Below are positions 11,382 through 19,734 of a stretch of DNA of 64,000 bases, one piece after another. The stretch spans positions 256,001 through 320,000 of the forward strand of contig CAWJZV010000030.1 of assembly GCA_963847445.1 (NCBI GenBank). The letters run 5' to 3'. The translations under genes and the position numbers were made by a program. The notes beneath the pieces were generated by a model that had not been told where the DNA came from, did not search any database, and saw only the letters and a program-made list of their open reading frames with translations. Within the stretch, counting starts at the first letter, position 1, and each line of letters begins with the position of its first letter. This stretch comes from an uncultured delta proteobacterium. GTDB lineage: Bacteria > Desulfobacterota > Binatia > UBA9968.

Positions 11382-11606
11382 TTAAGCGACGGATCTAACA
11401 GTCACGAGATCGCTTTCTTGAACCGGTCTCACGTCATCGACGTTGAGTGTGACCAGCGCCTGAGTTTTGCCGGATGCGGTTACAAACTCAACCTCCAACC
11501 CATCGGGCTCGTACACTTCCACGATAGCTCCCAAATCTCCGGCGCGAAGGCCATGCTGGGGCAGGTTTCGGTCAAGAACTACTGTATCGAGAAGTTTGTA
11601 CTTCAT
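11382..11606 (-). CDS. DUF4926-domain protein
   Basis: LDTVVL...LP.HGL.AGD.G.IVEVY....EVEF....G.T. Confidence 0.88.
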   Translation of the reverse strand: MKYKLLDTVVLDRNLPQHGLRAGDLGAIVEVYEPDGLEVEFVTASGKTQALVTLNVDDVRPVQESDLVTVRSVA

Positions 11607-11710
11607 TCCGTTTCTCCCGGGAAAGCAGTTACGAACTGAGGAACATTACTTTCAAATCGTACAATCCAAACGGTCAACACCCTAGCGGATCTCCCTGAGG
11701 GACCATTTTG
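11603..11710 (-). pseudogene. 3' remnant of a DUF6883-like gene (usual partner of DUF4926)
   Basis: Manual translation GPSGRSA/VLTVWIVRFESNVPQFVTAFPGETE*; abuts the PhzF stop with no attC. Confidence 0.6.
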
Positions 11711-11711
11711 A

Positions 11712-12497
11712 TCAAGCATCAACCGTAATTTCTCCGCGCAAGTACTCGACAGCTTGTCCTGCGATCAAAACGCGATCACCGCGCAACGCGCAACGAAGGT
11801 CGCCGCCGCGAGCTGAAAGCTGCTTTGCAACCAGCTCGGAGCGGCCAAGGCGCGCCGCCCAATACGGCACGAGCGTGCAATTCGCAGACCCGGTTACAGG
11901 ATCCTCGGGGATTCCTTGGCGCGGCGCGAAAAACCGATAAACGTAGTCCACCGCTCCACCGGGCGCGGAGATGATGACCGCAAAGGCATCGAGAGAAGCG
12001 ATGCGCCCGAAATCCGGGCGAAAGTCGTGTATTTGTGACTCCGACTCGTAGATCGCAAGCAAGTCGCGCGCTCGATATAACTCTCTGGGGCGAATGCCCA
12101 AGGCCGCAACAACGGTATCTTCTATCTCCACTGGTTTCCCGGGACGGGAAGGAAAATCCATGCTGAGAAGATCGCCATCCCGAGTAACCGTGAGATTTCC
12201 GCTGCGCGTGCTGAATGTAAGGCGTTTCGCCGAGGGCAAGGTATGCCGGAAGAGCACGTCTGCGGTCGCCAAGGTTGCATGTCCACACAGATCGACCTCC
12301 ACCGTTGGTGTGAACCACCGTAGCGGCATGATCTCCCCATGCGGGATCACAAATGCGGTTTCGGCGAGATTGTTCTCCGCGGCGATCGCCCTGAGTGCGT
12401 CGTCAGGCAGCCAGGCATCCAGCAGCACCACTGCCGCGGGATTCCCGCCGAACATTCGACCCGTAAAGGCATCCATCTGGTAGAGCGGTAGCTTCAT
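11712..12497 (-). CDS. PhzF-family isomerase/epimerase
   Basis: DAFT...GGNPAAV, NLAETAF, RWFTP..EV.LCGHATLA, EDPVTGSA. Confidence 0.93.
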   Translation of the reverse strand: MKLPLYQMDAFTGRMFGGNPAAVVLLDAWLPDDALRAIAAENNLAETAFVIPHGEIMPLRWFTPTVEVDLCGHATLATADVLFRHTLPSAKRLTFSTRSGNLTVTRDGDLLSMDFPSRPGKPVEIEDTVVAALGIRPRELYRARDLLAIYESESQIHDFRPDFGRIASLDAFAVIISAPGGAVDYVYRFFAPRQGIPEDPVTGSANCTLVPYWAARLGRSELVAKQLSARGGDLRCALRGDRVLIAGQAVEYLRGEITVDA

Positions 12498-12514
12498 TGC
12501 GGTCGTTTTTTGCC

Positions 12515-12602
12515 AGCTAAAGGTTGAGCTGAGCGCCGCGGCTGCAGCGGTATGGGCTTGGCACTTTATCGTCCACGCGTGCGCTCCCGCGAGGTGTTAA
12601 GG
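12515..12602 (-). repeat. attC site (degenerate)
   Basis: agctaaa...gttaagg between two cassette genes. Confidence 0.6.
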
Positions 12603-12668
12603 CGGCACGAATTCGCATACGAAGCGCAACACGGCGAAGTCACTGTGGCGGCCCTATGGAAGGAATTG

Positions 12669-13221
<553 letters not shown>

Positions 13222-13250
13222 TACGGTAGCAGGGACTGCCGTAATCGGCG

Positions 13251-13307
13251 GCCTAACGTTGTGCCGCTGAGTGATCTTCTCAGATTCGCTCAAGCGGCGG
13301 GTTATCT
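13251..13307 (-). repeat. attC site
   Basis: gcctaac...gttatct. Confidence 0.88.
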
Positions 13308-13319
13308 CAATGGGAACAT

Positions 13320-13677
13320 TCACGCCAGGACGTTCAAGGTAGCCGCTGCTCTCCGGAAGCGGCTTGTCGAAGGTCCAAATTGCGCACCTTGTGAGTAACG
13401 TCGAAGCGAGAAGATGAGCATCCACCCAACCGATACCACGTCCGTACAAACGCCGCGCGTCTATGAAGCTTATGACTTCTTCGTGTTCGAGCAAATGCGC
13501 TTCGGGCAAGGCTTTCAGCATGGTGAGAATCTCGCCTCGCTTCTGCAGCGTTCCGCAAGCCAATTCGCCGATAACAAACGGATGGCAAAGGACTTGTTCG
13601 TCAAGTAGCAGACCTCTTAGACGATCATTTCCCGCTCGGAGATGCTCGATCCAGACCGAGGTGTCGACGAGAATCAT
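13320..13677 (-). CDS. vapC: VapC PIN-domain toxin (frameshift near 3' end)
   Basis: MILVDTSVWI, HPFVIGEL, G.GIGWVDAHLLAS, WT.DK.L. Confidence 0.9.
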
Positions 13678-13880
13678 GCAAAGCGGCGAGGTCGACGTCT
13701 CCGAATACTGCGAAGCCGTCTCTCAGTACCTCCGAGATTGGCCAAACGGCGGGCACTCTCTTTGGCGATGAGCGCCTCAAGCCCCAAGCGTACCAAGGAA
13801 GTCTTTTCCTTGACACCAGTCAGCTTGGCGGCGTCCTGTAGGAGAGAATCATCAATGTTGAGTGTTGTTCTCATATGCAA
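13674..13880 (-). CDS. vapB: VapB antitoxin
   Basis: MRTTLNIDD.LL..A..LTG..EKT.LV..GL.ALI. Confidence 0.9.
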   Translation of the reverse strand: MHMRTTLNIDDSLLQDAAKLTGVKEKTSLVRLGLEALIAKESARRLANLGGTERRLRSIRRRRPRRFA

Positions 13881-13920
13881 TTAGGATGCCCAAATGATGC
13901 ATACGGGTCAAGTGTCGGAA

Positions 13921-13971
13921 AGATAACGCGATGCCGCTGAGCCGGAATCGGCTCGAAGCGGCGGGTTAGGC
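13921..13971 (-). repeat. attC site (short, 51 bp)
   Basis: agataac...gttaggc; similar to attC 13251. Confidence 0.88.
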
Positions 13972-14699
13972 CGTTTGCTGTTCGAGAACATTGAATGCTT
14001 TCACAACGCTTGCGAGTGGCGGAAGCAACTCTTCGTCAGGAGGATCGTCTTTGTGCTTCACGGCTTTCCACCGTTCATTCGCCTCATCCGCGGCTGCAGC
14101 GAACGCCGCCAGTGCCTGGTCGGACGTTGCACGTGCATACTCAGAAAGTGTAGCGGCGATCTCGCCGAGCGTTGCCTTCGCGCGAACCTTGAGGCCTATA
14201 TCTTTCGTGGCGAGACGGAAAGCCTCTTTCTCAAGCTCCTTGGCCACTCTGCCGAAAATGCCTGAGCGGTGCGACCCGAATGTTGAGGGTGCCCGATCAA
14301 GTGTATCCTCGGCGTAGATTCTTCGCGTATTTCTCTGGATGACCTCGGCCGCCGCGATGTATTTCTCTGGGCTGCCACCGTAAGGATCTTCAAGATTGAT
14401 GTATGATGTGCGAGTTATCGGCGGGATCCTAAGATTTTCCGCTGCGAAAGGACGAAATATTACTACCACGTCGACGGACGCGAGATTAACAGACTGGATG
14501 TCGACAACCGAATGATTTGAAATATCGATTCCGAACGTTCGCATTGCACTGATAGCATTTCTCGCTGCAGGCGCCCCCCCTCCGCTTCTGTCCCGGCACT
14601 GCTGATCTGATGATTCGCACCAAAAATCCTGCGCGCGAATCCTGCGGCCATGGGGCTGCGGCACGTGTTTCCTGAGCAGACAAACAGAAGTCGAGTCAT
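13966..14699 (-). CDS. Low-molecular-weight PTP/ArsC-fold protein with helical C-terminal extension, frameshift near 14580
   Basis: LFVCSGNTCRSPMA P-loop, SAGT, EDPYGG. Confidence 0.85.
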
Positions 14700-14721
14700 T
14701 CTGATTTTCAGATTTCTATCG

Positions 14722-14781
14722 GCCTAACGCCTGAATTAAGCTGACCCGCGAAGCGGGTTCGGATTGAATGAATTGTTATGC
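14722..14781 (-). repeat. attC site, aadA/Xanthomonas-type 59-be sequence
   Basis: Minus strand GCATAACAATTCATTCAATCCGAACCCGCTTCGCGGGTCAGCTTAATTCAGGCGTTAGGC. Confidence 0.95.
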
Positions 14782-14841
14782 GGCAATTGCCTGGGTTTCA
14801 CAGAACTTGCCCGATGTCGGACCTGTTCAGGGCGGAATCCC

Positions 14842-15261
14842 TCAGGACTTCGCTTTCTTCGAAGGTTTCGACTTGCCAGAACTGTTGAGGGCGACCGCTT
14901 GGCGAACGAGCGCCTTGAAGGCGGACTCGTCAACTTCTTCTCCTTCGTGGATGTCGATCGCGCGGCGTACGTTTCCGTCGAGACTCGAGTTGAAGAGACG
15001 GGCCGGATCCTTCAGAGACGCGCCCTTGGCGAAGGTGAGCTTCACGACCTTCTTGTAGGATTCGCCGGTGCAGATGATGCCGTCGTGCGACCAGACCGGA
15101 GTGCCCATCCACTTCCACTCCTCGACGACGTCCGGGTCTGCTTCCTTGATGAGCTTGCGCATTCTGCCGAGGGTTTCCCCGCGCCAGTCCCCGAGTTCGG
15201 CGATTCTTTTCGAGATGAGCTCCGATGCCGACTGGCCTTGGCTCGCGCCCGACTTTTTCAT
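14842..15261 (-). CDS. DUF1801 (YdhG-like) protein
   Basis: LGDWRG.TL..MR.LI..ADP.V.EEWKW.GTPVW.H.G..CTGE.YK. Confidence 0.9.
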   Translation of the reverse strand: MKKSGASQGQSASELISKRIAELGDWRGETLGRMRKLIKEADPDVVEEWKWMGTPVWSHDGIICTGESYKKVVKLTFAKGASLKDPARLFNSSLDGNVRRAIDIHEGEEVDESAFKALVRQAVALNSSGKSKPSKKAKS

Positions 15262-15340
15262 GTTCTCATCCTAGAAGTTCCAGATATATTTCATTTGCAA
15301 GACAGTGGAGGATAGTCATGTAAGACTTTAGAACGACGTC

Positions 15341-15401
15341 GCATAACGCCGCCCATCACGCGCGTGCGTCTTCGCACGTCGCGTGGATGGGCTTGTTGGG
15401 G
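15341..15401 (-). repeat. attC site
   Basis: gcataac...gttgggg with gcccatcacgcg/cgcgtggatgggc stem. Confidence 0.88.
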
Positions 15402-15421
15402 TCAGCTCGATCCACGTTGAG

Positions 15422-16343
15422 TCACTCATGTTCTGTCGCTCTGACCACCAACGCCGGCAGTCGTCCGCTCTTTGGAAGATGCAGGATCCTAAACTTGAAC
15501 TCTGAGAATTCCGCGAGGGATCATTGGTCGTCTCCACGTCCGTCACTGCAGAATCACCACATACGAAAGCTGGTCCATGCTGACAAAGTTGTGAGTATGT
15601 AGGATCGAAATAGCAGAAGGCCGTGCTGCGCAGGTCTGGCTCTTTAGCAAGCATCATGTTCTCACCGGATTGAAACGTCCGTCGCGCTGCCTCTGGGAAT
15701 TGAGAAGGCGAGAAGCTTGTTGCCAACACTCAATCGGCTGCTCGCCGTATTGGCGATCTCCCTTGCGAAGGCATGCATGGCCGGTTTCGGGCCAATTCCA
15801 CGCTTCAAGAGGCGACGGAAGCGTCTAGTGCTTTCCGCGATCAGCAGGGAGCGATTGGCCGATGACCCGGCTCGCGTATAGCTCATTTGGCCTCAGCCGG
15901 CGTTCGAATACATGAAGAGTTTCACCTGGCGATGAACGTCGCCCTCCTTCAAGATCATTCATGTTCGTCACTAGCAGAAAGTGCGGCTGTAATGGCTCTG
16001 TGGTCGTTTGGCGCCAGCCCGCTATTAGGAATGTGAGTTCTAGTGGAAATGGCGCTCCTTTGATGGCTCGAGCTCCGTCGTTCTCGCAAGTACCTGTGCA
16101 GCAACGTACGGACTCCGGCAGTTGCTTTCTGCCAGCCGTACTGCAATCCACTCGTGAGTCGAGGCGCCTTCGGGTTCCGAAAAACCCGTATAGGCTATTC
16201 CCCAGACACCACATACCGAGACTAACTTGCACGTATGATCATCAGAGGCTCTAACCTTTACGTGGACCGCTCACGAACGTGAGCTGTCTATCCGAGACAA
16301 CGAGTACGGTTCCCTGCGTGAGAGCGGCGAGAATTTGCGTCAT
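15422..16343 (-). CDS. Putative Ntn-hydrolase (proteasome-beta-like) protein, multiply frameshifted
   Basis: Manual reading MTQILAALTQGTVLVVSDRQLT...DDHTCKLV...GIAYTG...FLIAGW gives Thr1, Asp17, a Lys33-like and a Gly47-like position. Confidence 0.6.
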
Positions 16344-16363
16344 GTGGCACCTAGCCCTTGACG

Positions 16364-16444
16364 GCCTAACAAATCAGGCTGAGAGGGCGAGACCAGCGAG
16401 CGCAGCGACCGGGTCGAAGATCCTTCTCAAGCCGATTGTTAGGC
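16364..16444 (-). repeat. attC site
   Basis: gcctaac...gttaggc. Confidence 0.9.
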
Positions 16445-16459
16445 GTATTACGGAAGCCG

Positions 16460-17186
16460 AATGATGGTTTCATTGTATCTCTGCATAGCTCGCATGGAGA
16501 TCGGCAACTTGCAGCCAGACGAATAAGCTCCTGCTTGACTGATTCAAATGCTGGATGTGGTAATCGGGGATCTAGGACCACTTCATCAAGCACTGCTTCG
16601 TGATCGAAATCTACATTCACAACGCCCCCGGCGCCCATGTCGCCTTCGACGTCGTCAATTAGCAGACGTACCTCTTTTTCGTGCTCGAATTCGCGTCTCT
16701 TGATGCAACAGAATACTTGAGCAAAGTTTTGCGACTGGCCGCCAAAGCTCAGGTCCATAAAGGAAGTGGTGGCTAAAAGCTGTTCATGATCAACCCCCGC
16801 TCCAGATATCTTACAACGCCAATAAAGTATTTTAGGTCGCGGAATTTATCAGCGCGATTGTATATGGCCGCAAACAATTTTCTAATGGTCGTTGCGTCTC
16901 GGAAACCATCCTTGTTTGGACTATAGATCCTCCACACGGCAGGTGTCACGATTCATCGTCCAGCACTGACCATACCAACTTGAGGCGATGGTGCAATGCT
17001 AACCAATTTTCCAGTTGGGGTCTTTGCCTTGCACTTGAGAAAGAAATTTTCAAACGGATGTCCTACTTGGACGGATGGACGAGCCCGTTTTTGTTGCTTC
17101 GGAGAAGGTCCTTGAACCGACGGATCGGGAACACCCGATAGAATGCGCGCGTCCGAATCGTTTACATCTATGCCATTCTCTTCCAT
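16460..17186 (-). CDS. DUF2971-family protein, multiply frameshifted
   Basis: Fragments PFENF, YGQCWT, VWRIYS, KRREFEHEKEVRLL, DEVVLDPR; 3' end approximate. Confidence 0.75.
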
Positions 17187-17215
17187 ACGACTTCGTTCGA
17201 CGGCGATGCAGATAC

Positions 17216-17287
17216 GCCTAACGTTTGAGCTAAGCCGCCGGAGGAGGCCGCAGGGCGGTACCGGCCGGCTTGAGCGAGGGGTTAGAA
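17216..17287 (-). repeat. attC site
   Basis: gcctaac...gttagaa. Confidence 0.9.
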
Positions 17288-18004
17288 GACATTTTTGGTC
17301 AGCCAGTCTGCACCTTGGATCAATTCGTCGACTTGCTCACGTGTTGGCTCCTAACATCCTTCTTGTGTGAGCACAGATTTCGAAGATCAGCGAGGAAACG
17401 AAATCTTTCGCCAAGCTGTGTCAATAACGGAAGCCGCCTTCAGCGGGTCATTCAGATCGGCCGATCGTTGGATTTTTCTAAACTTTCACGCCTTTGGAGT
17501 CCGCTACTTTCTGCAGGTGACCCTCAATGACGACACCGACTAGCGCACCCGCTGCGCGGAGGCTCACGTAGGAAGCTGGATGCGACAACTAGCTCACTAT
17601 CGTGGAGTACTCTCTGGCTCGTCTGGTGTTGTGGTGCACAGGATCGACGCGCTCGGCAATTGCCTTGATGATGGCGGGCTCAACGAAGTAGTATATGAGG
17701 GTTCTCTCGTCCTGTCGAAATCCGGGTGCTGGAACTTGTGCGGGTCGAGCTCTTGAAGAAGTCATGAACCAGAAGGTTCCGTAGCCGATACGCCTTCGCT
17801 TGGGATCGATCTGCGTAGTACGCCTTGAACTCCGCAAGACGGTCCGGTGCAAGCGATGCAACGGCCTTCAGTGCCTTTGTGTACCAGCATGGTATCCTAT
17901 TGGAACGCTTGGCTACGCTTCTTCTGGAACGCGACGGCAAGCTTAGCGCCGCTGTCGTACAGGTCATCGGTCTCTTTGCGAATGAGATCTCGTTTTGCGT
18001 ACAT
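17282..18004 (-). CDS. HEPN-domain protein (first cassette), multiply frameshifted
   Basis: Manual reading MYAKRDLIRKE...WYTKALKAVASLAPDRLAEF...RAAGALVGVVIEGHL...LNDPLK...DLRNLCSHKK...WLTKNVF*; Rx4H motif; stop lies inside the attC R box. Confidence 0.7.
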
Positions 18005-18009
18005 ACGTC

Positions 18010-18040
18010 TTCTAACTATTAAGTGAGCGATTTAGACTGC
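18010..18040 (-). other. Putative attI-like site at head of array
   Basis: Minus-strand GTTAGAAGAC is complementary to the first cassette's own attC R'' box (17281-17290), but no partner R box or palindrome lies upstream. Confidence 0.55.
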
Positions 18041-18321
18041 GCCAGTATTGGCCGCCTATTCCAAACAACTCCGTTGATGATAAACGACAACATTGCGAAC
18101 TGTATCGCTTACTTCCTGCATGAAAGTCAAGATTTCTCATTCCGGCAATTGCCGCCAGGTTGGCCGCTTATCCAGGCTGAAAGTCGTCGTTTCAACTTTT
18201 CAAAAGTCGGTCTGCCGGGCTTTGAACGCCTCTGCCGCCGCGATTCAAAACATGCGTGTAGATCAATCGTCGTGCTGACATCGCGACGCGCGGACAGGCT
18301 TCCGCCAGGAGCGCATGGAAG

Positions 18322-18457
18322 CGTTCAAAACGTTCAAGTTGTTCAAGTCATTCCGATGGAAACGGTTCCAAAAGTTCCAGGCGTTCCAACGGTTCTAGCC
18401 AATCTGGAATTAAAAGCGGTTCAAAACGTTCAAATTGTTCAAGTCGTTCAAAACGTT
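18322..18457 (+). repeat. Degenerate 9-bp tandem array (GTTCAAnnn / GTTCCAnnn), left arm
   Basis: cgttcaaaa cgttcaagt tgttcaagt ... ggttcaaaa cgttcaaat tgttcaagt cgttcaaaa. Confidence 0.9.
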
Positions 18458-18468
18458 GCGGATCGGAT

Positions 18469-18885
18469 TTAAGGTGTCGTACTTTTTGATTTGTTCGATG
18501 CCGTATACTTTGGGCCTTTCAACGAACTGCGCTTTAGGTAGTCGATCAGGTTGCTGATCATAATGGATAGGCGACGAAACGATTGGCTGGCAGCGTCACA
18601 ATCTTTCTGCGCGACATAGGATTGATCCAGGGCTACGTAAAGGTGCGAGCGCACTTCCCCGCACGAGGCTTTGGCGACATAGAGAAATTGAATAAATTCT
18701 TGGTTTCCGCCGCGTTCGAATCCTTCGGCGATGTTCGACAGGATCGACACTGCGGCCCGCCTGATTTGATCCCGCAACGCGAAGTCCTTGGCAAAACCAC
18801 CATCCTTCGTCATTCGATAAATCGCTTTCGTAAGCAGTCGCGCATCTTTCCAAATCTCAAGGTCTTCAAAATTCTTCACTTCCAT
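18469..18885 (-). CDS. Four-helix-bundle protein (TIGR02436 / 23S-IVS-protein-like family)
   Basis: FEDLEIWK...DF.LRDQIRRAAVSI.SNIAEGFERG...EF.QFL..AK.SCGEVRS.L; own GAGGAGG RBS. Confidence 0.92.
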   Translation of the reverse strand: MEVKNFEDLEIWKDARLLTKAIYRMTKDGGFAKDFALRDQIRRAAVSILSNIAEGFERGGNQEFIQFLYVAKASCGEVRSHLYVALDQSYVAQKDCDAASQSFRRLSIMISNLIDYLKRSSLKGPKYTASNKSKSTTP

Positions 18886-18897
18886 CGTCTCCTCCTC

Positions 18898-18939
18898 TTT
18901 AACGACTTGAACGTTTTGAACGACTTGAACGATTGGAAC
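18898..18939 (-). repeat. 9-bp tandem array, inverted relative to 18322-18457 (right arm)
   Basis: ttgaacgtt ttgaacgac ttgaacgat tggaac. Confidence 0.9.
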
Positions 18940-18941
18940 CC

Positions 18942-19551
18942 TTAGAATTTTCTTAAGCAGCCCGACAATTTTTCCGGCGATGCGGAACTCGCCTTCGGCG
19001 ACGACGATCGGCGCGTACTTGTCATTTTCCGCTTTGAGCGTGACCACGCCGTCTTTTTTGTAGAACCGCTTGAGCGTCGCTTCGCCGTCGATCAGGGCGC
19101 AGACGATCTCGCCGTTCTCCGCCGTGGTCTGCTGCTTGACGATCACCCGGTCGCCGTCGATGATGCCGGCGCCGATCATGCTGTCGCCTTGGACTTGCAG
19201 GGCGAACTGTTTACCGCCGCCCATGTCGCTGGGAATCGCTAAGAACCCTTCGGTATTTTCCTCGCTCAAAAACGGCTTGCCGGCGGCGACCCGGCCGAGA
19301 ATCGGCACTTCACGGGTGACGTTGATGACCGCCTTGCCGAGAGCATTGACGACTTCGATGGCGCGCTTGCCGACCCGGCGGATATAGCCCTTTTTTTCCA
19401 GCGCTTTCAGATGATCGGATACCCCGTTGGTCGAGGCGATCTTAAACTGCCGGCCGATCTCATGGATCGACGGCGCAAAGCCCTGCTCGCGAATACTCTT
19501 CAAGAGAAAATCGTAGATCGCCTTTTGCCGGTCGGTCAGCGCGGGAAGCAT
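18942..19551 (-). CDS. lexA: LexA repressor
   Basis: LT.RQ..I..F, PS..EI, STNGVSDHL.ALEKKGYI, VAAG cleavage site, GDSM, TLKRF; stop probably masked by an extra A at about 18950. Confidence 0.95.
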
Positions 19552-19561
19552 GAAAGCTATA

Positions 19562-19586
19562 TACTGAAAATATTTTCAGTAGTCAA
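19562..19586 (-). promoter_or_regulatory. Putative LexA operator within the lexA promoter
   Basis: Perfect 20-bp palindrome TACTGAAAATATTTTCAGTA (19562-19581) overlapping TTGACT(-35)-17bp-TATATA, 10 bp upstream of the ATG. Confidence 0.75.
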
Positions 19587-19607
19587 GGCGCGGCAAAATT
19601 ACGGCTG

Positions 19608-19714
19608 GTTCAAGCCGTTCCAGCCGTTCAAATCGTTCAAGCCGTTGAACTCAAACCGGTTCAAACCGTTCCGGAAACGATTTGAACGACTTGAACGTTT
19701 TGAACTATTTGAAC
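19608..19714. repeat. Inverted pair of 9-bp tandem arrays (GTTCAA.../...TTGAAC), no cargo
   Basis: About 6 forward and 4 reverse units. Confidence 0.9.
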
Positions 19715-19734
19715 GGTCTAACGCGCCCGGCGCG

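Noticed and set aside
18095-18130. Pc-like promoter on the minus strand (TTGACT)
   Set aside because: No acceptable -10 hexamer at 16-18 bp spacing.
18023-18472. 149-aa plus-strand ORF as an intI remnant
   Set aside because: No tyrosine-recombinase motifs; the C-terminus is translated 9-bp repeat (VQNVQVVQ).
18469-18885. Diversity-generating retroelement (Avd-like gene)
   Set aside because: No reverse transcriptase and no TR/VR pair with adenine-specific mismatches were seen; the mismatches in the two long repeats are not confined to A positions.
18469-19551. Apparent 360-aa LexA/four-helix-bundle fusion ORF
   Set aside because: Removing one A from the run at about 18950 gives a normal LKKF* end, the downstream gene has its own GAGGAGG RBS, and the linker is just translated 9-bp repeat. 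Probably a read error, though reads should be checked.
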